Below are positions 27,652 through 40,170 of a stretch of 64,000 bases of DNA, piece by piece. Source of the stretch: Octopus vulgaris (taxonomy: Eukaryota). Location: positions 2,418,001 to 2,482,000 of the forward strand of contig OX597829.1 in the NCBI GenBank assembly GCA_951406725.2, read 5' to 3'. The number at the start of each line of letters is the position of its first letter. The first letter of the stretch is position 1. The position numbers and the translations under genes were made by a program. The notes beneath the pieces were generated by a model. It was not told the DNA's origin, did not search any database, and worked only from the letters and a program-made list of their open reading frames with translations.

Positions 27652-27880
27652 TTAACCCTTTCGTTACTGTATTTATTTTGAGATGCTCTGTGTTTGTTTC
27701 AATTACTTTAAATATAACAAAGAATTTAGTAAAATAACTTGGTTATCATTAAGCAAGTGTTAGGAACATAAATTGTGACTAAGGTTTGGTTGAAGATTTT
27801 AATTCAAAACTGATGAAAACAAGACATTTGTACTACAAGGCCAGAGGCGGTTTCAGCCGGGTTGGTAACGAAAGGGTTAA
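27652..27880. mobile_element. piggyBac-type MITE, cleanest copy
   Basis: ttaa-ccctttcgttac ... gtaacgaaaggg-ttaa, a perfect 12-bp TIR plus TTAA. Confidence 0.85.
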
Positions 27881-28179
27881 CTCACAAATGGCTGAGTACT
27901 CCACAGACATGCATAACATTAATGTAGTTCTTAGGGAGATTCAGCTTCACACAGACTATGACAAGGCTGGCCCCTATGAATTACAGCTACAACTTGAGAC
28001 ATATATATATGAATGTATTTGTACGTGTGTATAGTTTAGGTTAGTTAAAACATGTTTGCAATAATAAGTGTCGTGTGGTGGAAAACACAATTACCAAACT
28101 TTCATTCATAAATCCATTTATTATTTAGTTCTTTTGCATTTCAATTTGTACATTTGTACCCAGAAACTCTCAACAACAG

Positions 28180-28818
28180 CATGCCAGAAGAAATAGAAGA
28201 ACGAATAATTCTATCTCCTAAAAATTCTGTCTTGCAATAAATGAAAAACTTCTTAATATTATACCAGAGGCCCTTAAAACGTACATAAGCATGGATTCAG
28301 TGTCCTGCAATAATGAAGAGGAGGTTCAGAGCTATCCATTTGAATTCATAAACTCACTCACTCCATCCGGTATGCCTCCTCATCACCTCAAAAAAGTAGG
28401 GCTATTGTAATGCTGCTAAGAAATCTTTCAATCAGTCAAGGATTATGTAATGGAACTCGCATGAAAGTGCAAAGACTTCATGAACATTGTGTAGAGGCAT
28501 CATTGTTAACAGGTTCCAACAGAGCTCGCACAGTTCTAATTCCCAGAATAAAAACTTAGCCCAAGTGATGCAAGTATTGCATTCACACAAAACAGACTTC
28601 AGTTTCCGCTTCAAAGGCTTCAGGGCAAACATTTGAAAAATCCGGAATACATTTGCCTTAGCTGGTATTTTCTCATGGCCAATTATATGTTGCATTTTCA
28701 AGAGCATGAGCCATGAACAATATCAAAGTAAGAGTTATGACACTCAGCTGAGATAAGAGACAAGGCTAAAAACGTGGTGTGATGCACACAAAATATTGTC
28801 TACCATAAAGTACTGTGA
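28180..28818 (+). pseudogene. Helitron RepHel PIF1-like helicase C-terminal fragment, frameshifted
   Basis: YPFEFINSLTPSGMPPHHL, KVGAIVMLLRNLSISQGLCNGTRM, VLIPRI, FSHGQLYVAFSR and TQNIVYHKVL*. Confidence 0.9.
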
Positions 28819-29247
28819 GGAAGACCACTGCACCAGCTAGCATCACCACCACACCAGCTGCTCCATCATTACACATCCACATTACACCTTTAAGATCGGG
28901 AAAACAGTTAGGGGCCCACTAGATCTCTCTCGGCATACCAGCAAACCACAAAATTGCACCAGCCAGCATCACCACCACCACCAAGCCTGTCATATATATA
29001 TGTATGTAATGGTAGCGAGCAGACAGAATCATTAGCACTGCGGGCAAAATGTTTAGTGGTATTTCATTTGCTGCTATGTTCTGAGTTCAAATTCCACCGA
29101 GGTCGACTTGGCCTTTCATCCTTTCGGGGTTGATTAAATAAGTACCAGTTACGCACTGGGGTTGATGTAATCAATTTAATCCCTTTGTCTCTCCTTGTTT
29201 GTCCCCTCTGTGTTTAGACCCCTGTGGGCAAAAAAAAAAAAAATGTA

Positions 29248-29307
<60 letters not shown>

Positions 29308-29867
29308 ACCACCACCACCACCACTGCTTGACAACTGATGTTGGTGTGTTTGCGTCCCTATAACTTAGCTGTTCAGCAGAAGAGACTGATAGAATTAGCA
29401 CCAGGCTTACAGGGAATAAGTCCAGGGGTCGATTTCTTCGACTAAAATGCGGTGCTCCAGCATGGCCATCGTCAAATGACTGAAACAAGTAAAAGAATAA
29501 AAGAATCCCAGAAGAACATTCCGTGCCCCTAAACCAAGAATGTTCTCTGAATATGTACGATGTATTCTAAGGTTAAATAGTAATTCTGTTTACGTTTTCG
29601 TAACTGAGATATTTTGGTTGGATTATATAGTCATCAGTTTCACACTTCTTTCTATATTCTCTAACTGTCAACAATATACTTTTCTAGGACTGAAATTTTT
29701 GTGGGTAGGGGGCAGTTGACTAGATCGACACTAGTACACAACTGGTACTTAATTTATCGATCCCAAAAGGATGAAAGGTAAAGTCGACCTCGGCAGAATT
29801 TGAACTCAGAATATAATGACAGACGGTCATAATATGTAAACATTTTTCCTGCACCAGTACACTGTTT

Positions 29868-30273
29868 GGATCTTTTCGGTTTGAACGGCAGTTTTTCTAG
29901 CGGTGCCATATGAAATTGTCACCCATAATTATGACCCTAGTATCGATCTATTGCATTTCAATCTGTTTTAGGGTTAGGGTGGAGGAAGGGTATCTTTTTT
30001 ACTTCACAAATATAAATAAACCCAATCTGTTTCTTAAACGAGGGACATATTCATACAGCACAGAATGTTTTCACCTCAATAGATGTATTTGATTGGTTGA
30101 AATTGCAGAAATTGAAGAAAAAAACAACAAATATCTTACAGACTATAGAATTTTCTCAATAAAGCCAAGAGAAAAAGATGTTTTATAAACACATTCTACC
30201 AGTATACGAAGTTTAAAATTTTTTAGTTACGTGGAAATCATTTTAAAAAACTGCCGGTCAAACCGAAAAGATC
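29868..30273. mobile_element. Mutator-like MITE (~410 bp)
   Basis: TIR ggatcttttcggtttgaacggcagttttt / aaaaactgccggtcaaaccgaaaagatc. Flanking repeat acactgttt (8-9 bp). Confidence 0.75.
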
Positions 30274-31710
30274 ACACTGTTTACAGATGCTTATATTTTT
30301 TATGTTTTCTGTGAATTTTTCAAGGGTCCAGCAAGTTATTATTATACTTGCTAGAATAATAACGATGATGTTTATGATTATGAGGATAGTAACTATAATG
30401 AAATGCCGATAGAAATGCCGCCCATTTTGTAAATATAACGTTATTACCATCCAGAATTGATTTGTACAGGATTAAACAAAGACCATTCGTCTCTAACTAC
30501 TCACTTTTATACCCACATGAACATACATATTCGTACACATATACACGTATGTGTATAAATGTGTGTGTGTGTACGAGGGTTTCTATCAGTTTCCATCAAT
30601 CAAGCGTACTCACAAGTGTTTGAACGGCCTGAGACCATAGTGGGAGACACGTACTTGCCCAAGATGCCTCACAGTAGGAGCGAACCAGGAGCCATGTGGA
30701 TGGGAAGCAAACTTATCACAGCTTACAAAGTGGTGATTCGATGGCTGAAAGTTTCACGTTCGAAAAAGAGCACCATAACAAGAACCTCTGCCAATTTAAC
30801 ATATATATATATATATATGTTAAATATACTGAAAGAAGCCCGTTGTATATATGTATATATATGCGTGTGTGTGTTTGTCCACCCAGCATTGCTTGACAAC
30901 CGATGCTGGCGTGTTTATGTCCCCGTTACTTAGCAGTTCAGCAAAACCGACCGATAGAATAAGTACTAAGCTTACAAAAGAATAAGTCCCGGGGTCGAGT
31001 TGCTCGATTAAAGGCGGTGCTCCAGCATGGCCGCAGTCAAATGACTGAAACAAGTAAAAGAGTAAAAGAGAGTAAAGAGTATATACAGTATATACACATA
31101 CATAAAAGAGTGTGTGTGCGTATATATACACACACACACACACAAACTCATACCCACACACATAACACCAAGTAGATTAAGTCAGTTTATTTGCCAAACT
31201 GCCGCTGCTAATCAAGAATGCGCTGTGGAAGCATCAGAGATAATTTAGTTTCGGCAAAGTTATTTTTGTCATTTAGCTTATCCTAAGATTCTTTACAAAA
31301 TGGTACTGTTTGTAAATATTAGCTGCAGTCTTTTCAGCCGGTATGTATGTATAATACACACACACAAATATATATATATATATACAAATTGAGATAGGGG
31401 TTGTAAATGCAACCCTCTATGGGATAACATATATCCAATATACTGCTAGTGAAGTACCCAACAAAGTTAATACATAAATGTTAAGGATTACGATGCAATC
31501 AATTCATTTACTGTATTATATGGGCAAAGGTAAAATGTTTTACCACAAATTAATAATACAAGATAAGAAAACAGAGAAATACATCGAAATCAAATATCAA
31601 TTACCAGATAATGTATGTGGTGGTTTAATAAAGTATGTGATTGAGTATTATCTGGTAATTGATATTTGATTTAGATGTATTTCTCCATTTTCTTATTTTG
31701 TATTATATAT

Positions 31711-31764
<54 letters not shown>

Positions 31765-31918
31765 GTATGTATATGTGTGTGTGTATATATTGACAGGGCA
31801 AGACTGCTAGGTAGTCGGCCGTATGCTAGAAATAGATAATCAACAATCAAACTACAAAGAAAGTTCTCTAGAGGAAAAATTCAGCGAACACCAGAACCAA
31901 ATTTGGCAGGCATGACAG

Positions 31919-31958
<40 letters not shown>

Positions 31959-31967
31959 GTATGTATA

Positions 31968-32775
31968 ACTAGTGGATAAACACAAATGAAAGGTATAGTG
32001 AAAACGTGTTTTTTATTTTAACAAAAGAAAGAACTATTATAGTGATAGAAATTGAAATTTACTTCCCGCCACACGACACACGTCTATAAAACGGAGAGCA
32101 TGTTTTATCAACACACAAAAACACGCGTGCGCATTCATATACGCACGCTCCTTCCCCTACACCCTGCATCCAACTTAGAAGCAACGTCACTCCCAACAAC
32201 AACTGGTTGGGCAAGACTTCCGCCCGTCCCCTACAAAAAAACCACCCTTTTAAAAAAAAAATTTTTTTTTTTTTTTCCCCGACACAACCACCCCCCAATT
32301 TTCGGTTATGGGGAAGACGAATCTGCAAAAAAATTGACAAAAATCGGCATTTCTAAATTATCACCCACCCCACCTTCCTTCATTTTTTTCAGAATCTTTT
32401 TGTTTTCTAAATATGCAAAAAAAATACGAACTTTATGATTCGTACAAAAATTTCGAAACATTCTGTACTTAGGGTTACGGTTTTAGAGTTAGGGGTTAGG
32501 GCTTTAGGGTTAGGGTTGGAGTTTTAGGGTTAGTGTTGGAGAAAAAAGTCAAAATTGAAGAAGTTGGGGCGGTGGGGGTCACGATGCCAATTTTTGGCAA
32601 TTTTCCAGACCCTCCATATCCGAAAACAGGGGATTTTGCCAAAAAAAAATTTCAAAAATAAACAAATTTGAGAGAAAATGGGGGTGGGTTGAGCGGAAGC
32701 CTTTCCACCTGTTGCATCACGTAATAGCAGCCAAATTTTTGCTAAAACCACATACCATACCACCTTTTATTCTCA
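31968..32775. mobile_element. Unclassified CpG-rich element with internal TTAGGG-like repeats
   Basis: Abrupt compositional change after a TA/TATG tract. ttaggg variants at 32469-32533. Boundaries are approximate. Confidence 0.4.
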
Positions 32776-32901
32776 AATTAAACTTGGGATATTGTAAAAG
32801 TTTTACAATACCTCGATGAAAAAAAGATAATAAAGGAAGAATGGAAAACCGAAGTAGAAACTGCTGGAATATGTTTTGTCAATCAAGGCAGACTGGATGC
32901 T

Positions 32902-33329
32902 GGATCTTTTCGGTTTGAACGGCAGTTTTTAACATAATTTCTAGGTAACTAAAAAATTTTAAACTTCGTATACTGGTAGAATGTGTTTATAAAACATCTT
33001 TTTCTCTTGGCTTTATTCAGAAAATTCTATAGTTTGTAAGATATTTGTTGGGTTTTTTTCTCTTCAATTTCTGCAATTTCAACCAATCAATGAAGTCTAT
33101 TGAGGTAAAAAATATTCTGTGCGGTATGAATACGTCCCTCATTTAAGAAACAGATTGGGTTTATTTACATTTGTGAAGAAAAAAAAAGACACCCTTCCCC
33201 CCACCCCCACCCATAACCCTAATCCTAAAAGAGATTGAAATGCAATAGATCGATTCTAGGGTCATAATTATGGGTGACAATTTCATATGACACCGCTAGA
33301 AAAAACTGCCGTTCAAACCGAAAAGATCC
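32902..33329. mobile_element. Second Mutator-like MITE copy, inverted relative to 29868-30273
   Basis: Same TIRs with the internal sequence reverse-complemented. Imperfect 9-bp TSD ctggatgct/ctgtatgcc. Confidence 0.75.
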
Positions 33330-36300
33330 CTGTATGCCTAATTAATAGCTACAATTCTAGACTTTATGAAACAGAATCTATCTTTATTTGTCTGATCGGT
33401 CATTACACACCGAATGACCAACAACACCATCAGCACCGCTTCCTTCTTTATCTTCGTCGTCATCATCATCATCCTTCTTTCTGCAGCTCTGGAACAATCC
33501 ATTGCTATTGTACTAACAATAGAAAAATATGTATATTTTTGTGTATTCACGTTCGATGTGGACGGGGGAAAATATATAATAATCTGAATAGATACAATCT
33601 TCAGACTAATTAATAATGATAAAATTAGACGCTGAGACCTACAATTATTTGTATTGCTGATATTTATTTATTTGTTTATTTATGTATTTATTCATTTATT
33701 ATCGTTTCTAATTGCAGCACGCGTCTAACCAAACTGGAGCGTCTTGTCTCACTGCTTTTTTTCTGGAAGAGACATTCCACTGCTGCCGATCCATCTGAGT
33801 CACTGACATCCACTGTGTGTGTGGTGCTGGATACAATGTGGCTGATGAAGTGCAAGCGCGTGCAGAGGCTGCGTCATCTTCAGCATTTCCTTGACAATGA
33901 AAAGGCATGGCTGTTGTCTATCAGATGGGCTTCCCCCACACCAACCCTGTTTGTCACTTTAACTGGGTTTAGACAAAGGCTGAGACAGGGTGCTTGGCAG
34001 CTGGAATGTCGTCAAGCACTCACAATCCTCGACAAGTTGGGCAATGCAGAAGTTTCTTGCCGACACTTTTTTTCTTATTTAAAGTTTCAGCTCAGAGCTG
34101 CGGCCATGCTGATGCACCGCCATTATCTCTTTCTTCGCCCTTTTCAAACCTAGCCAGGCTCATGGGCCCGGTTTCCGTGGCGTACATATTCCCCCCAGCT
34201 GGACGGGACGCCAGTCCATCGCAGCGTTACTCAAGAAACAGGAAGAGAGAAAGATGTGGTGAAAGAGTACAACAGGGATCGCCACCACCCCCTATCGGAG
34301 CTCTGTGGAGTTTTTAGGTGCTTTCGCTCAATAAACACACACAACGCCCACTCTGGAAATCGAAACCACAATCCTCCGACCACGAGTCCGCTGCCCTAAC
34401 CACTGGCCCATTTGGTGACTGAACACTAGTTGTCAATGAAAATTAACTGGCCTGACTGTCCCAGAGGACTTCCACACCAGGATCCATGGATAAATTCTAG
34501 CAATCCTTCGGCTGGCATTACTACCAGAGAATATGCCAGTTCAAGATAAACTCTATAGAAACAGAAACACTGTCAGCCAAACCTGTCCAATATGTGTGCA
34601 AAGGGACAAAAACCATTCTGCAAGCACTCTTCGAGTATTAAGTTCCTCTCAGGCCTAATGAGTTTTAATTTGGGCTCCTTCGGCAACTACTACCTTCAGA
34701 AGTTTCCTATCCCCATAAATACATCATCATTATCATTTAGCATCCGCTTTCCATGCTAGAACGGGTTGGACGGTTCAACTGGGGTCTGGGAAGCCAGAAG
34801 GCTGCACCAGGCCCAGCCTGATCTGGCAGTGTTTCTACAGCTGGATGCCCTTCCTAACACCAACCACTCCGTGAGTGTAGTGGGTGCTTTTTACGTGCCA
34901 GGGGAGGCTGGCAACGGCCACTGTCGGATGGTGCTTTTTACGTGCCACCGGCACGGAGGCCAGTCGATGCAGCGCTGGCAACGGCCATGTTCAGATGGTT
35001 CTCTTACATGCCCCTGGCACTGGTATCACAGCTACAATTTCCATTGATGTTGATCGATTTCGATTTTGATTCTGATTCTTACTTGCCTCAACAGGTCTTC
35101 ACATGTAGGGTTTTGTGTCCCAAGAAGGAAAGGTATGCATAAGTGGAATGGCTACATCCCAGATAGAGGCCACGGGTTATGGTCTCACTAATCCTGCCAG
35201 GTCTTCTCACGCACAGCATACTTCCATAGGTCTCGGTTTCTAGTCATTTCCTCAGTGAGACCTAAAGTGAGACATACAAGTGGTATTTTGGATAATCCTA
35301 GCCAATACACACCATAAAGAGTAGACTCTGATGAGTATGTCAATAAGAATATATCGACATATGCATTATGCCAGTGCTAACAACAGTTAGAATCAAAGTC
35401 TACTTTTTGACTAGGGCTACTAGAGACTATATTTATTATTATTATTAATTATAATAATAATCCTTTCTACTATAGGTGCAAGGCCTGGAATTTATAGGAA
35501 GTGGGGGTAGTCAATCACATCAACCCCAGTACTTCACTGGTACTTAATTTATCAACCCTGAAAGGATGAAAAGCAAAGACAGACGAAATACTTGTTTCTT
35601 TATTACACACAAGGGGCTAAACATAGAGGGGACAAACAAGGACAATCGGAATATTATACACAGTATATATTTCTTTACTACCCACAAGGGGCTAAACACA
35701 GAGAGGACTAGTAGGACAGACAAAGGAATTAAGTCGATTACATCGATCCCAGTGCCTAACTGGTACTTAATTTATCGACCCCGAAAGGATGAAAGGCAAA
35801 GTCAACCTTGGCAGAATTTGAACACACAACGTAACGGCAGGCGAAATACGGCCACGCATTTTGCCCGGTGTGCTAAAGGTTCTGCCAGCTCAAAATACTG
35901 TTAAGCATTTTGCCTGGCATGTTAACAATTCTACCAGCTCATCGTCTTAATAATAATAATCCTTTTCACTATAGTCGCAAGGCCTGAAATTTGTGGGGAG
36001 GGGGGGCAGTCGATTACATCAACCCCAGTGCGAAACTGATACTTAATTTATCGACCCCGAGAGGAGGAAAGGCAAAGTTGACTTCAAAAGAATTTGAACT
36101 CAGAACGTAAAGACAGGCAAAATAAAACTGCTAAGCATTTTGCTTGGTGTGTTAACAATTCTGCCACTTCATTGCCTTAATAACATTGGTTTCAAATTTT
36201 GTGGGAGGTGCCATGCTAATTAAATTGACCCCTGTGTTCAACTGGTACTTATTTTATCAACCTTGGCAGAATTTGAACTCAGAATATAAAGACAGGCAAA

Positions 36301-37323
36301 ATGTCACTAAGCATTTTGCCCAGCATGCTGCATATTCTGGCTATTCCAGCATGCCACAAATTCTGCCTTAACCCTTTTGATACCAAACCGCCTGAAACCG
36401 CCTCTGGCTCTGTAATACAAATGTCTTGTTCTCAAAAAATCAGTATTAAAATCTTCCACCAAACCTTAGTCACATTTTATATTCCTAACACTAGCTTAAT
36501 GACAACTAAGTTGTTTTACTAAATTCTTTGTTATATCTAAAATTAATTGAAAGAAACACAGAGTATCTCAACAGAAATATGGTAATGAAAGGGTTAATAA
36601 TAATATTAAATAATAAAAATAATAACAAAACTGAAGACAGAAGCATTTAATCCTGTGGGAGAACTCTCCGAGCACAGTGAAGTAAATTGCACAAACTTTC
36701 TTCCTGCTTTCCAGTGTAGAAGATAGATGCCAACTAGAGGAATTACCTTCAAAGAAATTCATTTCTTGTCATCAACTTCAAGATGATTACCAACAATGTT
36801 ATCCCAATGAATGGTAAGCCATGGCACACTGGAATCAAGGTGAATAGATGAGTGCTGTGTGCAAGAAGTAAGGAGAGGAAAGTCTGATGTCCCTCAGCCA
36901 GACATCCTACCAACTATCCCATCTCTGCTACCATCAAGACAGTAGCACGGATGGAATGGAATAGATATATTCTTAGCAGAAAAATGGATAGATAAGAGGG
37001 GAAACTATTTGAAGTATATTCAAGTTTGGACTAGCCTTGAACATTTATCTCTGCATATACTTCATATTTTGGATAGGCACATACATGTGCCAGAGTGTCT
37101 TTGAAGAATATATCCAAAATACATGACAGAGGGTTTAGAAAGAGGCAGAGAACAACTTCAGATCAAGTGATGAAGGTTTAATTCTATGATGTTGCATTTT
37201 ATGACATAGATTAAAAAAAATGGATTATGTTGACTGGCAATTGGCAGTACAGAAGACTGGACCTCACCTTCCTCATGAAGGCATGGCAAATTCAAATGAT
37301 ACTTACATAAAGGTGATAATATT

Positions 37324-37504
37324 TATCTATTTCTTTATTACCCACAGGGGGCTAAACAGAGAGGGGACAAACAAGGACAGACAAAGGGATTAAGTCGATT
37401 ACATCAACCCCAGTGCGAAACTGGTACTTTATTTATCGACCCCGAAAGGATGAAAGGCAAAGTCGACCTCGAAAGATACTTGTCAGAAGTGGGATTCGAA
37501 CCCA
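37324..37504 (-). mobile_element. Chimeric retrocopy: tRNA-Leu 3' fragment + trailer + 5'-truncated SINE B
   Basis: 37504-37481 reads TGGGTTCGAATCCCACTTCTGACA, followed by AGTATCTTTC and then the SINE body. TSD aaaggtgataatatt at 37309-37323 and 37504-37518. Confidence 0.75.
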
Positions 37505-39482
37505 AAGGTGATAATATTGGAGGCTGATGGCATGTCTGCTCCCAAATACACATCTGCAACCCTGTCCCTCAACTCTTTAACATTCAGATTATTCCATCAA
37601 ATATGATACCTTTTTCTTTACATTGTTTTGAACTGATCATGCCTGATCTTGTAGCATTAAGATTTTGATGATGTGATCATTTATTTTTTAGAATGACATT
37701 GTAGGGTAGGTGTGAGAAGCCAGATCTGGCTGGTTTGAACATAAAACAGGTAGAAAAAATTGGGCGCTGAATATGGCTGGTTTAACCCTTTAGCACTTAA
37801 TCGGGCCATATCCTGCCTAAATATTCTGCTTGCTTTATGTTCAAACCGGGTAGATTTGGTGTCTGGCATCTACCCCACAACGTCAATTTGAACATCAACA
37901 ATCACATCGGGGAGATTTCAAGGCTACTGGACAATGCAGGATAAATTCAAAACAATGTGAATAAATAAGCATTACATTTGATTGAGTGATTTGAATGCTT
38001 AAGGGTCAGGCACCACTCATTTCCGTACCACCCATGTGGCCCCTGTAATACTGGATCTACCCTTATTCAGCCTATACTAACACCATCTTTTAACACTCTA
38101 CCCTGGCCTGTGACAATGCCCATGTGTAAGGGGTCACATAGGGCATGTCTGTAATCAATACATACAATCCTAACACTCCTGTGACCTGTCATTATTATTT
38201 ACTTGTCCCCAGAGACCCTGTTCTTGCCATCTGTCACTCTTACTATGATACTAACACCCTGCCGTTGCCTGTCATTCGCACCTCAAACTCACCTTACACC
38301 AGTTATGCTTTTCTGCAATTATATTCATGATTGATTGACCCCACCCCTAAGAGAGTAGTAATGCCAAATAAGAACTAACACAGAATGTGTCAACCCATCC
38401 CACCCATGTCAGCACAGAGGTGTTTATAAAATCCTTTCTACTAAAGGTACAAGGCCTGAAATTTTGTGGGAGGGGACTAGTTAATTACCTTGATCCCTAG
38501 TATGTAACTGGTATTTATTGACCCCACAAGAGTGAAATTCCATGGAATTTGAAACCAGAACATAAAATTAGACAAATTGTCATTTTGCTTGGCTCATATA
38601 ACGATGATAATAATGATGCTGTGTGTGTACATGTGTATCTGTGTTATCATTTTGCTCATTAAATTTTCAGAGCATTCCTTCCACTTTTAATTAATTATCA
38701 CTTCAGTAAAGACAACTATTCATAAAACATGCTGGGCAAAGTTCAGAGAGCTTCTAACTCTGTTGGAAACTAAGGGCCTCTCCTTCAGAGTGAAAAACAG
38801 ACGAGGCCTGTTGATAGGCCAAGTTACTGAAGTGTTTGTGCAGAGATAACATCTCTTATAGATGTGCTGTTTTAAAACAATAAACAACAGAGTGAGATGA
38901 AAATTGTTGTTGGCACGCTGGGCCAAATCCTTATCTATGATACATACTCGGCTATTTTAATATAACGCTGCCTCATTTGCATTTACTGGATTTTCTTTCA
39001 CCCAGACTGCCATTTACAACACCTGTGGGGTGTTTTATTTACTGTTTCCGTGGCTGGTTGTGAGTACACAACATTGAAAAGTCCCATGGAAACCTTTAAT
39101 GAAATTTGCAAATCTCACAGGCTGCTGCTGCTGTTAGAATAATTTTTGCCTTCCCCCTTCATTTATTGTGTTTTTAATGCAGCAAGTCCATAAGAAATGT
39201 TATGTCAGGATGAGTAACACTGTAACTAGCCTATAAACAGTGTATATACATTAAGGATAAATAACACTGTAACTAGCCTATAAACAGTGTATATGCAGAT
39301 GTGTGTGTGTTGTATACATCAGTGCTTCTCAAACTATCTGATGTGGCATACCGGTAGTTTTTTTTCCACTGTGCCAGGGACCGGTAATATTTCTTAGTAA
39401 TATTAATTTATACAGCAAACAATATATATAATGAATATAATAAAAGTTGACAAGTTTATCTTTTCTATCTTATATTTATTCT

Positions 39483-39713
39483 TATTTCTTAACTACCCAC
39501 AAGGGGCTTACCACAAAAGGGACAAACAAGGACAGACAAACAGATAAAGTCGATTATATCGACCCCAGTGTGTAACTGGTACTTATTTAATCGACCCCGA
39601 AAGGATGAAAGGCAAAGTTGACCTCGGCAGAATTTGAACTCAGAACGTAGAGGCAGACAAAATACTGCTAAGCATTTCACCCGGCATGCTAACGTTTCTG
39701 CCAGCTCGCCGCC
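39483..39713 (-). mobile_element. Full-length SINE B monomer, 3' half of the U6 chimera
   Basis: Head ggcggcgagctggcagaaacgttagcatgccggg through tail ...gtgggtagttaagaaata. Confidence 0.85.
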
Positions 39714-39717
39714 TTTT

Positions 39718-39812
39718 AAAAATATGGAACACTTCTCGAATTTGTGTCATCTTTGCGCAGGGGCTATGCTAATCTTCTCTGCATCGTTCCAATTTTAGAA
39801 TATGTATCGCCG
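39718..39812 (-). pseudogene. U6: U6 snRNA retropseudogene lacking about 10 nt at the 5' end
   Basis: Minus strand reads CGGCGATACATATTCTAAAATTGGAACGATGCAGAGAAGATTAGCATAGCCCCTGCGCAAAGATGACACAAATTCGAGAAGTGTTCCATATTTTT. The ACAGAGA box is mutated to GCAGAGA. Confidence 0.92.
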
Positions 39813-40135
39813 TATCTTATATTTATTCTGTAAACAAATAACACAACATTACATAAGCATTTTATAACCATTTTCTAATGTTTCTTTCTTTTCTGGAAAC
39901 TCACAGCGTACTGGCAGCTGATGGCTCGCAGACCACCACTTTCAGTAGCACTGGTATACATCTTAAAAATTGAGAGGCTGTGTGGTAAGTAGCTTGCTTA
40001 CCAACCACATGGTTCTGGGTTCAGTCCCACTGTGTGGCACCTTGGGCAAGTGTCTTCTACTTTAGCCTCGGGCCGACCAAAGCCCTGTGAGTGAATTTGG
40101 TAGACAGAGACTGAAAGAAGCCCATCATATATATG

Positions 40136-40170
<35 letters not shown>

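Larger units (their letters stand above)
39320..39953. mobile_element. hAT-type MITE carrying a nested U6-SINE insertion
   Basis: TIR cagtgcttctcaaa / tttcagtagcactg. 8-bp TSD gtatacat at 39312-39319 and 39954-39961. Confidence 0.8.

Noticed and set aside
36640-37300. Coding-like, non-repetitive stretch, possibly an old transposase or exon
   Set aside because: No sustained ORF, recognisable motif or clear splice pair.
39207-39294. 47-bp tandem duplication
   Set aside because: A simple local duplication with no further structure.
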